64,000 bases of DNA, from assembly GCA_034780895.1 (NCBI GenBank), contig JAUZTB010000074.1, forward strand, positions 14,899,260 through 14,963,259, in the 5' to 3' direction. How positions within the stretch are numbered: the stretch's first letter is position 1; every line of letters starts with the position of its first letter. A program made the position numbers and the translations under genes. The notes under the pieces are model-generated. The model had not been told where the DNA came from, did not search any database, and was given only the letters and a program-made list of their open reading frames with translations. Origin of the DNA: Rhynchobatus australiae. Its lineage: Eukaryota. Shown here piece by piece: positions 25,501 through 40,500 of the stretch.

Positions 25501-28500
25501 NNNNNNNNNNNNNNNNNNNNNNNNNNNNNNNNNNNNNNNNNNNNNNNNNNNNNNNNNNNNNNNNNNTTCTAATACAGAAGGAAGGAAAATATGGACCGAT
25601 GTCATACAGCAATCTTTGTATATTTGCTCAAAATATGGTCAAAGGAGAATAAAGCTGCAGCATCTATAAACACATTCTGCAGGCACTGTTGTACACAGAG
25701 AATAATTACAATGACATACATTTCAATTAATCAAATTTGCACCCCTATTAGGAAATATTAGTCATGGAAGCAGTTGTCAGAAAATCAGAACTGCAGTGTA
25801 ATATTCTTAAAACCTAATCAATCTGCAGTATCAGTGACAAAGACCACAATCATACACATGACCTCTATGACTAAATCCTAGCCTTATTTCCATCTCAAAT
25901 CTTAAAATGGACTATAATACTGTGGTTGCATTACTCTGAAAGCAAATGATAAAGTAGTATATGCATTTTTTTCTTAAAAGTAATTCTCAATCTTAAACTC
26001 TTGGGCCAAATTATTCACCATCACTGATAAGCTTGCATCACTTATCCAGACAATCTATGGGGGCATGTGTGCTTTGAACTTGCTTTAAATGGAGTGGTGA
26101 TTTTCCATTCCTATTCAGTTCCTGAAATGGATGTGGTCAGCCTCCCCAGCAGTTCCATTTCACAACTACAATATGGCTACTGAAAACAAAAGACGAACTG
26201 CAACAAATGAAATGATTTATTGGAATACAGTTCTCAGAGAGTGATCTAATTTAATAAAGAATGAAGAGAAATTTCTTCTCTCATGGGACTGTGAATGTGG
26301 AATTCCCTACCCCAGAGGGCTGTAGATGTCAAGTCAATAAGTATATCCAAAGCTGAGATGAATAAATTTTTGGACTATAGAGGAATCAAGGGTTATGGGG
26401 ATCAGGCAAGAAAGTGGAGTTGTGACCAATGATCAGATCAGCAACGATCTACTGAATGATGAAACAGGCTCAAGGGGCCACATGGCCCTTCCTGCTTCTA
26501 CTTCTTATAAGTTGGCTGGGTTGACAGTTCCAATCCAGAAAGATGTCAAATTCAAGCCCAGTACTGAGGAAGTGCTGTATTGTAACAGGATGATGCTTCT
26601 ATCAGAGGCCCTGTCAGTAATCAGGTGGTTGTTGATCCCACAGAGCCATTTGTGGAAGAGCTTGGAATTCTCTAATCACCATCAAATTAGATCACTCAAA
26701 GAACACCATTAAAACAGATAAACTAGCAATTGATCTTATTTCTGAACACAAATTCATTTCCAGACCTCCATATGTATTAATAGTTACTGTGCACCAAAGG
26801 TAATGGTTTTCACTTTAGTATTCTCCAAGATCATAAATATGTTACTAATTAAATTAACATGTTCTTTATTTAACAGAAGTGCAAAAAATATTTTTTATTA
26901 GGGCAATGTACCACTATTCACTTGAGATATGAATTACACTGTATCATTATTAATATGGAACATGCTGTGAGTCAATTGTTTTTGGCAGTACCCTGCTGCA
27001 GCATGTGGGGGAAAAAAAACACTTGATTTTTAAGTATCTGAAATAAACTGTACTTTATTGACCAGTTCCTAGATAAAAATTCTAATAATTTCATCAGATG
27101 CAATCAGTTCTGTCAATTAACTGAGCAAAAATGTGTCATCAGTTCTTCTTGCAGTGTTTGTTCACATTATCACAGCCTACGTATCAAATGTTCTGTAGGC
27201 ATGAAGAGTTATCAACAAATCAAATAGAAATGCTAACCAACTTACCACTTGTATTGTTCCTGATGGAGGCACTCGATAGCCTCGTTTTCCCAAGGATTCC
27301 AAATTAATCACACCCTATAAACAGATAATCATCAATTCAGAACAGATCACTTCAAACAAGACATTCTAGTTCTAAAAAAAATCAAATTAAACATTTCAAA
27401 AGAATCAACTTCAGCATACCCATAAAGAAACAAAATTCAACAAATGAATAAATGAGTGATTTACCAGTCTGTGAGATAGGGTCCCAATCAAGTACTGCTA
27501 CACCATGACCTTGATCACAAGTCTTTAACTACAGGAATGTGTAATAACACATACCATGTAGGGTGATGGTGCATTATCATCAGAGACACTGTAGAACGAC
27601 ACTTCAACTGGAAGAGTCATGTGACTGGGACAGAATGTTCCACTTGCTCCCACCTCGGCTGTGAAACCATCAACTGCTCCTAAAGGTTCCAAGCGGAAAT
27701 TCAAGATAGATTCCTAAGAACATTAAGATACATCAATGTTAGAGTTGCAAGGTAGCCTAGAATGAATTACAATATTTTATTCCTTCTGTACATTCTGTAA
27801 TGTTTCTGAACAATTAACCACAAAATATCTGATCAGATTCTTGCATTAGTCTTCCAGACATTTCAATATCCCAGTACTTAATGAAATACTGCTATAACAA
27901 ATGTTTAATCATCACCAACAGTATTCCACAAAGTAATGTTTCTCCTCTCTCGAAGCAACTTAGATCAGGTACAAGTGAAAAGCTGTAAACCTATCTTGAA
28001 GTTTTATAGGTATTTTGGAAATGTTTAAAGCTACACTTACAGTCTTACATCAAGGGCACCACACATCTCATTCTTTTTATAGCTACCAAACAATTTTGTG
28101 GCCTTAAAATCAAGCACATATACAATCTATTTTAAATGTTATTTTGCACCTTCTCCCTTAATTGTTTAAATACAACCATTCCTTTGTATGAAGAGGATTT
28201 ACACCTGTCTTCAATTTTAATGTATACAAAATCTCGTTCTAAAATCAAGAGCTGTTCACAACAATATTAAATACTCATGGATAAATATAGCTTACAATGT
28301 CTGATGTGGACTGAGCACAAGATCATTTTCCACTGCTGCTCAACAATATTAATACTAGGTACAAGTGCCAATATTGTGGATAGATTGGGAGATCTCTTGT
28401 TAATTACCACTCAGTGAAAATGTGACTAGGCTTCTACTGGGTTAAATTAAAAACATTTGCTCAGCTGAAGACTCTTAATTGACTCAACAACAATGCAACT

Positions 28501-31500
28501 AAATTCTTTGATATAATATCTGCTCAGTAATGATTTTGTTGCCATTATTCTGTTTAGAAATTCAGCTTCTGTCCACTATTGCCAGGTTACCCTGAAGCAC
28601 AGGATTTACACAAAACCAAGTACCTGTCTCACCTATAGTTTATGGCTTACTGTGCTCCCTTACCAACACTTTGATCAATTGTAATTTTCTTGTGATCACA
28701 TTAAGTGGATGAGAGGTGAACTGTTTAAAAGCCATGATACACCAATTTGCTTTGTTTTCCTTTTGCTCTCATGAGAAATTAACACTTCAAAGTTTTTGTT
28801 AAAATAAATTAATACAAATGTCAAGATGGTTCTAACGAACCAAGAGACTTAACAATTTGCAAATAATTTTTAAAACATAGTTTAATCTCTTTGTTTAAAA
28901 TTAGTTATAGATAAATACACATTTTGACTCCAATGGCATGGTTTAATATATTAGACACCTAAAATGTGTAATGACCACTTTAGGCTATAAATATCTTGTG
29001 ACATTTAATTTTGTAACTTGCTCATCACTGGAGGTGGTTGAACATCACTAACCATTAGTTGAGTAGTGGTTGTAGAGGAGTATGCAATGCTTTTATTGCA
29101 GATAATTTTTGACCAGTCATGTTTTTGCTGGAAAGGTTAATCAAAAGGATTCACACTTAACAAATCATACTGAATCAATTCACCAAGTTTGACTGTAGAA
29201 CATACAGANNNNNNNNNNNNNNNNNNNNNNNNNNNNNNNNNNNNNNNNNNNNNNNNNNNNNNNNNNNNNNNNNNNNNNNNNNNNNNNNNNNNNNNNNNNN
29301 NNNNNNNNAGCTTTAGTATTCAGTATTAATTTATATTCATTATCATTGATGGACTTGGTATTAGAGAAATATAATTGCATAAACACAAGGCATACACAGA
29401 GAATCAGTAACTCAAGGAAAACATAAATTACCTATGGGTAACTTGATTCATGGCAGACATTTAAATGCCATTTGGCATCATTACTTATTTTACATGAACT
29501 TGTTTTTCTCAATTTCCTCAATGTATAATTTCCAGACAAATTGAACGTTTAAATCATGTATGTTAGGATGTGTAAGTTTTTAAGTTTAGATTGATGCAAA
29601 TGACAATTTCTTCCTAAAACTTCACAGATCATGCTATTGGTAACTGTTGCAAATAAATCAAAGTTATTTTAACCTTTCAGTCCTACTTCCAGTTCCTAGA
29701 AATATGCAATGCCAAGATCCCCATTTATTCCGGCTGTTCGTGCATGACAAGTTCAACAATATTAAAAACACCTAAATGCTAGAAATTTCAAAGCCATTTT
29801 CTGGGTGGAGGCAATCAGACCAGAATGTCCGATTTTCAATGGTTTATTTAAATAAGGAAATCAAGACCATGTATAGCATGCAGAAGACAAACTCTACGTA
29901 TATGGACAAACCAGAGAAACTGGGGTTTTGATACATTAGGCTTTCTCTAAGGGAACTAGGAAGGGTAAGAGAGGATCTGATGGAGATGTTGCAAAATTTG
30001 ATAAAGTTTACAAAGGAAAATAGAGAAAAAGCATTTCCATTGTTTGGTAAATTGGTAGAGATGTGGCATGAGTTTATGACCTCCTTCAAAAGAACAAAGG
30101 CTGGGGTTGGGACAATGTATTTGTGTGTGGTCACTATCTGCAACGTTGGTGGTGACAGAATCTATTTGGAAAAGAAATATTAACACGTAAGGGTAAGAGA
30201 AATGGGACCAATTGAAAGTCCTTATTGAAAGCTTACATAAGCATAATACGCTAAATGTCTTCCAACTACACTGTAGATCATTTTCTAAACTGTTTTCTAA
30301 AACATTTTCTTGAATTCCCATCTAGTCTTGGAAACATTTAAATTCCTTTTGAGATACTGTGAATATTTAAAAAGCATTGAGGTTCTGAAAATTGCCAATG
30401 CTGTTTTCAGACATGTATTTATAGAGCCATATTATTCTTGAAAGTAGGTGTAATAGACAATCTAAGTTGTGAAGTAAAGGAAGGGTTCTGCACTGTTCTC
30501 TGAATCGTCTTTCCTATGTTCTCCAGTAAAGCCATTGCGTTCTCCAGTAAAAACATCATCCACACCAAACAGTCAACAACTCATCAGTAATGCTATGGCA
30601 CTGCTGATGTTTTCTTTTAAAACAGCTACACAAACTGTAAGCCTGCCAACAGCAGAACTGTGAAATGGTAATACTATGATAGATATCAATAAATCCAAAA
30701 AGTCTTCAAAACTCATTCAAAGGAATTTCAAAACCCAAGAACAGTTCTTGTATTCAAACAAAAAAAAACCCTCTTTCAAATGATCTAAATACTGAATCAA
30801 TTGTTTAACCTATTTCTTTCTGGATGATGCATATGCATTACTAATCTGTACCTCAAAGTTTCCAAGCAGGCTTAGACTCGTTGCGGGTGGAGCACTAACA
30901 CTCAGCTGCTGCTTCCCTTGGTCAGCATCATTCTCTTGTCTTAAATACTTCCTCTGGCTATAAAGAAAATGAGAACACGTCATAAAACCAAGTAACCTTG
31001 CCTTTTGTTGGGTGGAGTCAATAACACAAGGAATCAAACACTGCTCATTAAATGCAATAAGTAAAAGCTGTACAAACAGAGTATTTTGTTATAAATAAAC
31101 ACAAGAAAGAATATTAATCCTTAATTAGTTCAAATAAATGGCTAATATTTCTAAATCATGGGTTTCAACATGTGCTTTCTTTCTCCTTAAAACTGTTTCC
31201 CACAATCATGAAATCAGTGCAACAGAGATGACAAAGTTCAGAATGTACCACCTCTATGCAAAATTTTTCTCCCTTCCCCTCCTCCAGTTTGCAGTTCTTT
31301 CCATTTCTGTACTTTCCACTGGGGATACTTATGCAGGGAATAAGTACCGATTTCTTCGGCTTTAATGAGCATCTTTTTTGTGCAGAAGTACCAGGTCAAA
31401 AACAGATGCCTCAAAATGATAGGAAAAACACCACTCTGACTTGCCAGCAGATGGTGCTCAACTCCATTAGCAGTACTTAAAAGCAAGTATATAACACCAA

Positions 31501-34500
31501 CATTGCAGAACACCAAGTTATCTTCTTAACACTGACTTTGGCAACCACATTAAATCTCTCTTGTAGAAAGGTGTACATATAGATCAGGGAAAAGTCTGAC
31601 GTGGACTTTTTACTAAATAGAGTGCTGCAGGTTGCAGGTGTTAAACCGCATTGTTTATCCAGTAATGTTACAGGACAGAAATATGAAATTTTTATTTGGG
31701 CACTAATAGATTAAAATATATCACAATGAGAAAAGTGGCATCAAGACATCCAATTCAAATGAATTACATATTATATATTATAAGTATGAAAAAGATGAGT
31801 CCAATGGCACATGGGTAAGTCATTCTAAAATCACCACTTCACTTATAGCTTTGTTTCAAAGTCCCTTAACTAGAAATTGTAAGTTTAGCTTGTTTAGGGA
31901 ATTTAAGGAAAGGAGTCAATGGAGCAAAATGATCTCAGTTAAAAGAATGATACTTAAAAATAGAACATAGCTAACCTAAAATCATGAAATGCAGTTCATT
32001 AGAGTTGCCTACTAAATTTGGTAAGCATCTGTATCAAAAGCCTGTCACTTGATTACTGATGAATGCCACTTTTTTTTTAAACTGTAGAAAAAGACACAGA
32101 AATACCTTTTGCAAGGTACCCCTTTTAGTCTTTGCAATGAAGTGTCCAGGTCAAAGTATCCCGATTGTTTTTTTCTTGGTGGAACCTTGGTGTACAACAA
32201 GATAAATTCTATTAACAATTTAGTTATGCTGATTTACAGATTCTTTGACACTAAACCATACCTATGATTGTAATAAACAACATTCAACAATAAACCTTAG
32301 GTAATACAACAGTAGATTTCCAGGGAATCAAGAAATATGGGGTTAGTGCAGCAAAACAGGGCTGAGGTAAAAAAAAATTAGCCATGATCTCACTGAATCA
32401 CAGAGCTGTATGACAGCCAAATGACCTATTCATGCTTCCATTTTTTGTTTTACATACATAAACACTATATTCTGATGCTATTAAAATTGTCCCAAACACA
32501 CAACCCACCAGCATTTGAAAACAAAACCAGATTCCAGAGACACAGCAGGAACAGTATGTCAATGTATAGTTTTGTTTGAATCATATATAGAGAAATAGAG
32601 TTTTCAATGTTTTAAAGAGTACATTTATAGAAACATAGATGTAGGTCATTCAACTCCACAAGTCTTTTCTATCATTCAGTTAGATCATGGATTATCTGTA
32701 GCTCAATTCCATTCACTGGCTTTTGGTCTATGATGTATCTGTTAATCGACTTAGCAAGCACAGATCCATGAACCTTATACTTGGAGATTTCAATTGACAC
32801 AGCATTACAGTCTCTTGTGGGGGTGCCGGCTGAGTGACTTCTGGATTGCTTCCTGATTGCGTCCTAAATGACCTAACTCTAATTCTGCCCGTGTTCTGGA
32901 TTTCCCTCACCAGAGAAAACAGCTTCTCTGTATCTACCTTAATGAATTCCATTATCCTTTGAAAGACCCAGTTAGATAATATGTAAAAGGTATGCCTTTG
33001 TCCTCATGATTTAACTATTTAAGCCCAGATTTCAGTCTGGCAATCTACACTGTAGCCCTTCATAATTACATGCATTTCTATATATGTGCATGAAACAAAA
33101 CTAAGTTCCCCAGATGGGGACTAACAAAAACTTTGTACATTTGAAACATCTCTCCCTCATTATTATACTCCAATACCCTTGAGATATTGGCCAACATTCC
33201 ATTAGCCTTTTGTTCTTCTGCACTATTTTAGTGATTTATGCAAAGGCTTAATCTAATTCTTTTGGTCTTCAGCGAGACTTGTTCTCTCACCGTTGGCATT
33301 AACTGAATTCTCCTCCTCAGATCCAAAGTGATAACCTCATGCCTCCCACAGTCTATCGGGACTATTTTTTTCTATTCATTTAAATCTTTCTACTTGCATG
33401 TACACTACTTGTTGCTTGTAAACGTAACTTGTTAATTATAAACATAATTTTATTCTTTTATATACATAATGATGAAAAGTTAATGCTCCAGTACCAATCT
33501 CTGGGAAACATTATTCATCACATCCTGACAATTACACAATCGCCAAGAGATAGAAGACTAAAGGCCAACTGCTCAAATTTGGAATTGAAATAGATAGGTA
33601 CTTGATGATTGGCATGGTAGGGTGATGGCCCTGTATCTATGCTGTATGATTCTATGAGAGCACTTACTTCCTAATTAATGTAATGACATTTGTAATATTC
33701 CAGTTAAGAAGCTAATGCAACTGTAATTCATACATTTACTTTAACACTTTCAGATGGACGTCAAAGTCCCGTGTATCTTTGGTCCCATTACTTTCTCTAT
33801 GATCATTTTTGTTTATATGAAATCCAGTTCATATATTTGACAACTTTTGGTTCACTTTATAGCAACATTTTATCCTCTTCTCTCGTAAAATTTTGCTCAC
33901 ATAACAAAGACAAGTCATGTGAGAAGCCTGCAATGTTTTGTCTTCGTTGTCTCCACTGCAGCTGTTTTGATGGGTCAACATTCTCTTTAGCAGTCCCCTG
34001 CTCTTAACATATTTATAAAAGATTAGTTATCCCTTGATGCTAATTCATCCTCCTTTTTGCAACCTTTTGCTTTTAACTGTTTAGCCAAGTTTACTGTAGC
34101 CAGTTCTTTACTCATCCCATCATATGACACTCTTCCTTTATCTCCTAAAATTTGATATCAAATTCGATCAGCTTAATTACTTATTTTAAAATGGTTTGTT
34201 ATCGTCAGATTTTTGACCAATTTATTTTCGCTATATAGTCATCATTAAAATTTAGCTCTGGCCTACTTCATTGTCAGTTCTAAAACACTGTACTCTACAA
34301 AACTATCCTGAAAGCATTCTAGGAACCCACTGGCATTATTACTTTGGTTCAACTTTCCTCATTGTAATTGAAAAGTAAAGTTCTTACAACATAACTTTTT
34401 TTTGTTAATGTTTCTCTGATCTCTGTATTTGTACATGGCCCAATAATGTAATTCATATTAGGAGATCTATTCTTGGAGACTGAATATGGAGGCATCCTCC

Positions 34501-37500
34501 TGTCCTGCATGGAATTGCCTGCTCAAAATATCACTGGAGAGTACCTAAAAACTTAAAATGTTTTAAACCAAGATTAAATCATGTTTGTTTGCCAAACATA
34601 AAGAGCATGTTAAGTGTGAGCTATTTCCAGATTTTGATAAATAAACAACTATATAACTCATGAATATCAGATTTTGTTAGCACTGGCAACATTAACAAAA
34701 CACTGAAAAACATCTCTACCAGAGAAAAAACACTATATTTATTCTTGATATTCAAAATCATTGCTACACACGCAGTAACTTACTGTTAAAATGTACGTTG
34801 GTATGTGAAGCAAGTTATTTAAGTATGTGAAGGAACAAATATGCTATTTTCTTAGGGTGCATATGTGACCAATTTCAATATAAATGTTACTAATGGCAAT
34901 GGAGTTTAATCATTCAAATCTTGCTTGTGTGGTTGCAATGAAATAGCCCTGTACCATATAATTACATCACTTCGAAACACAAGGTCTTAATGTTTTACAA
35001 TCCTCCTAAAATAAAGCAATAAGGAAAATTGCTTGAACCTTTATATAGCTAGAACTGAAGCCACCCGTATTAGTTATGTTTCATGGGTGTCTCAAGATAT
35101 AAAGTACCCAATTTTAATATTGTCAAACTGATTATAGTATTTCAATTTTGTAAAACTTTCATAAACATTCAAAAGCTGTAAATTAAATTCTTACATTAAA
35201 AAAATTATACCATCAGTGTTTAACTTACAGGACTTGAATGCAAGGGTAATCCAGTACATGGATGGAAAACTTTTGTTGAGATCCCATCTAATGAACGGCG
35301 ATTTTGCTTCTTCCAAAAGTTACCAGAAGGTCTCAGTGGAGATTTTGAAAAACTCTTCTGCAAGGAAAACGTATATTACCATCTTAAATTCAAATTTTGT
35401 TGTCTAATATATTTTAATAGGTTAATCTCAATTTAGAGTCTTCTGATATTTCCAGGAAATGTTCTTTATTGGGCTTTATACTGGGATATTACAACTGGGA
35501 AATATATACCATAACTCTTTATTTGAATCTACACCCCTAATGATGACTCCTCTCTGTTATTTGGAAAGGATAAATGAAGTGAGCTTAAACAAAATCAAAT
35601 GAACCTCTAATTTGCATGACGACCAGCAGAAAAACTGTCCAAATATAACAAGATACAACTCAAACCCACTTAATTTTGATTAAAAATCCACCCCAGCTCA
35701 CTCCTCCAGCAGATTTTTCATTTAGCTCAGAAGGACACCACATGTTCCAGCATGTGGGTTTGAGTTGGATGCAATATAAAATCCTAAAACTTAACCCCCA
35801 CTCCACCCTTCTGGTATTAACGGAGGCAAGATGGAATAACAGATGATGGATCAGATCAGAGATGGTAGATTGGTCAGACTTAATCCCCTAAAAAGTAAGT
35901 TTTCCAGACCACTTAAAGCAATGAACTAATAAGAGCAAAAGACAAATGGATCCAACAGATTTGTATCTCAGAGTCTTAACACTTAACCACTGGATCCATC
36001 TTATTCCAACATATGCGATGATCTCCCACTGACTAGACTCTTATAAACAACCGTCCCTCCTCTTGATTCCTCCAATGTTGTCTCTCTTCCTCTTCCTCCT
36101 CTCTGTACCCCAGCTATGGTTTGATGCTGCCAGCCTCCCTTCCAATAGCCCATCATATCCTCAATCTTACTACACACAACAAATGCTGGAGGAACTCAGC
36201 AGGTCAGGCAGCATCAGGCTTGTGCCTCAGTCTTACTATCTGCAATAGGGAAATATTAAATCACGCATGTTTTATTTATTCATTGATGAGACATGACCGG
36301 CAATGCCAGCATTTATTCCCCATCTCCAATTGCCCTTTAAGCTAGAAGTCAGTTATGAGCTTTTCATGGACAGTTATTGTCAGGAGGCAGGGTTCTGCAT
36401 TGGCAGCAGATTGGTATAAAACCTTAGTTTGGATATTTTGTAAGGCCTATTCTCTCAAATGTTTCAGTGAATGCCTCAATGGTGATTGGAATTCAGCCCG
36501 AGTGTGAGCATACACATACTTTAACTGTGTACTGTAGTTCAATGACTGAGGTTGGAGGGACGATGGCTTTGGAATGAAGATGATGTAGGCTGGAAGGTTT
36601 ACTATTTATTCTCTAGGTTAGCTTCAGTTTAGTTCTACTTCCTGTAGATCTTCTATTTTCAGTGGGAACCTCATTGGAGATGAGGTGCAGCACTGTAGCA
36701 AGACCAAGAAAATAGTTGGGATGATAGTGCAGCCTTGCCCGACAACAGGTTTCACTGAGATCGGGTCTGTTAGTTAAGTTCACAGTTTGTGTAACATCAA
36801 TGAGACAAATTTTTGCAGGCAGCCAAATCTTACAAAGGTGTCAGAGTCCCTCTCAACTGAAGAAGGTAAAAGCTTTCCAAATTAAAAACATGTATGGGGG
36901 TTAATTCTGCTCCCTACATATCTCTTGAAAGTTAACACATGGTGAGGATCATGTCCCTTACGTCTCCACAGAATAGAATAGAGAAGAATCCACTGTTATT
37001 TGGGGAGTGGTGTGGAGAAGGACACAGAGGCTGCCCCTGGGGATGACTATTTTCCTGTGGCAGACAGCACGGACAACCCTTTGTAGTTACCCCAATTGGA
37101 TTGGTTTCCTTTCTTGGAGACAGTCACAATTATGGCATCTCTGAAGTTCCCAGGCATGTCCTCCCTTTCAGGAAGTGAGAGATGAAGTTGTGAATTTGTA
37201 AGTAGTTTCACTTTGCTCCCAAGGTTTTAATTGTTTTTCATTTGTCTGTTGACATCTTGTCTGTCTGGGATGGATTACCATGGGATAGAATCAAAGGACA
37301 CTCATGTCAAGGACAAAGTTATGGTTGAAGAGTTCTTCAAAAAAAGTGTTCCTTCCAGCAGGCCCCAACTCCCTCTTTGCCCTGGTTTAACTCTCCTCCA
37401 TTCTTTGTTCTCAGCAGTTGGATCCTTGGGTGTGCTTGCTAAATGTGGTATTGACACTATTGAAGAACCTGCATGCTCTCTACCCACTCTGTTCTTTAGA

Positions 37501-40500
37501 TCATCTGTTTCCACTTAGTATTTGGGCATGCTTGCTGTCAATAAGGGACCAGCGTTTTGCTTAAAAACCAGCAGTTTCGTTTTGAACTGCCAGCTTTTAT
37601 CAGCTAACTGGGAAATGCACAAATTTTGCCTTTCACTCAACAGTGCGCCAATGGCCACCTCATTGACTCTAATGGAAGCTGGGAAATCTGTCCACTAAAG
37701 CCGAACCAGGTTGAGAAGAAACAACTGTGTTAAGAAGGGAGAGTACAAAGTCATTTCATTTTATTTGATTAAATTGCATTGATTTAAATTATTCTTTTTC
37801 GTTGTGCATTTTTTGTATTTTAGACCTTTAAAAATATACTTTTTAATAGAAACTATTAACACATTAGCATTGAAGGCACTCAATCTTTTAATCTCAAGAA
37901 CAGCTTTGACAGCCGCTAAGCCTGGTGATTTGGGGCCTCACTGGATATCAAGGCCATTTTAAATTCAAATGATGTACATACATATGTCCATTCTTTCAAA
38001 CGGCAGAACTGATTTCCTCTCTCTACTTTAGTATTGTTCTAATCAATCTTGTATGTTTTTGATGACATTCATTACAATAATGAGGAGATATGGTTATCAT
38101 ATCAATTGATTTTTATGTATTTTCTGTCTAATGGACAAAATCGACTTAAGGATGTCTATAAAACACAAGCTGTTCACTACCTGGGGTCAGCCTGTAATTG
38201 TTTCAAACACTGAAATATGTGGTTCACTCTACTACTTTTCTTCAGGCTAATAGTCATTTTTGTTTTGTGAATTTGTAAAGTGCCCGAGAATAGAGATGGA
38301 CAGGTAGTTCCCATATGTCAACAAGTAGCATGCAACTCGTCTTCAACAGTTCTGATTGCCTGTATTATCCAGATGTTTCAAGTTATTTTCAGTCCAGTTT
38401 GAAACAGCTGGGAACTCTGAAGGAATGTCAAAGGAATTCATTGCCTTACCTGTTCTCCAATCCACTTGCACTTGTAATATTCATAAAGGCAAAATGTGCT
38501 AAATAAGCACACAATGCTGTATGAACCACACTTAATAACAATGAACAATGATTATAGCACTTTGAAGTGTGCCAAAATACTACAGGAGCATTGAAAATAC
38601 CATTGTGATAATATATACAATTGATATAAAAATTGTCTTAATTAAATAAATTCAAACAACAGTAGATCTAATTTTCTCATTATCACTTGTAAGGTATAAT
38701 ATTATTTTGATTTCTTACCAAGACTTCGATACCACCAGAAGTCATCATTCTCAAGCAACCCAAGCAGTTTCATCTACAGTTTGATTTTAGCTTTTATGAA
38801 GGTTCTCCAAGTCAGGGGTGTAGTGGAATAGTCTTGGATTGCCTGGAGGACTGCAGCTTCAAAAACACTTGGGAAACTTGACACCTTCCAGGGCAAAGTA
38901 GCCTGTCTGATTGGCACCCCATCCAACATCTTAATACTGCAGTCCCTGCATCACTGACACATGATGGCTACAGTGTATACCATCTAGGAGATACATTGGA
39001 GTAGCTTGCTTGGATAACTGCAATGCATCTTGCAAATATGTAACTTCAAGCAAAAAGGATAAAGGCCGCAAACACACAGCTATACCGCCACTTGCAGTTC
39101 CCTATCCATGTCGCATGCCACCATGATTTAGAAATACAAAGTCATTCCTTCATTGTCACTGAGTGTGAATCCTGGAACACTCTCTCTGACAGCACTGTAG
39201 AAGTACCTTAACCAGGAGAGCAGCAGTTCAAGAAAGTTGCTCAACACCACCTTCTCGGGGGCAATTAGGGACAACAACGGAATGGCCTTGCCAGGAGCAC
39301 CCTCCTCCGAAAAATTTTAAAAATGTGCATGTGTACAAGGACTGGGACTTAGCATCTCTTTAGAGAAAAGCTGAACAGCTGAGCAACATCAACCAAGCAC
39401 TGCAACCCTTCCTAAGGAAAAGACTTCTTTGAGATGGTGGCATACATACATTTTTCAGCAGGTAACAATATTCCATATAAGTAAATAATAGGTAGGTTCA
39501 ATTAACAATTGGAGAAAGTTAACATGAAATAACAATGAATAACTATACCAATAGTACCTATTTCTTAGGAGCTACAAGAGTCCCTACACCTCCAAAGTGG
39601 CGTTTGTGGCATTCATGCATGTGTGTGAAGTTGCTCAGATCCCACATGTTAAGTTCTTTACGTACTTGTTTCAAATTGTAAACCTCCACAGGGAGTTACG
39701 TGCCAAGCACCAAGGAACCTTTTACTGACCTTTTTTGCCAGTAGCTCCTGGATACGAGTGCAGTAATAACTATTCATAATGCAATACACTGGAGATTGAG
39801 CAGCCAACATACAGAGCAGGATATGCAGGTAAGAGGGNNNNNNNNNNNNNNNNNNNNNNNNNNNNNNNNNNNNNNNNNNNNNNNNNNNNNNNNNNNNNNN
39901 NNNNNNNNNNNNNNNNNNNNNNNNNNNNNNNNNNNNNNNNNNNNNNNNNNNNNNNNNNNNNNNNNNNNNNNNNNNNNNNNNNNNNNNNNNNNNNNNNNNN
40001 NNNNNNNNNNNNNNNNNNNNNNNNNNNNNNNNNNNNNNNNNNNNNNNNNNNNNNNNNNNNNNNNNNNNNNNNNNNNNNNNNNNNNNNNNNNNNNNNNNNN
40101 NNNNNNNNNNNNNNNNNNNNNNNNNNNNNNNNNNNNNNNNNNNNNNNNNNNNNNNNNNNNNNNNNNNNNNNNNNNNNNNNNNNNNNNNNNNNNNNNNNNN
40201 NNNNNNNNNNNNNNNNNNNNNNNNNNNNNNNNNNNNNNNNNNNNNNNNNNNNNNNNNNNNNNNNNNNNNNNNNNNNNNNNNNNNNNNNNNNNNNNNNNNN
40301 NNNNNNNNNNNNNNNNNNNNNNNNNNNNNNNNNNNNNNNNNNNNNNNNNNNNNNNNNNNNNNNNNNNNNNNNNNNNNNNNNNNNNNNNNNNNNNNNNNNN
40401 NNNNNNNNNNNNNNNNNNNNNNNNNNNNNNNNNNNNNNNNNNNNNNNNNNNNNNNNNNNNNNNNNNNNNNNNNNNNNNNNNNNNNNNNNNNNNNNNNNNN

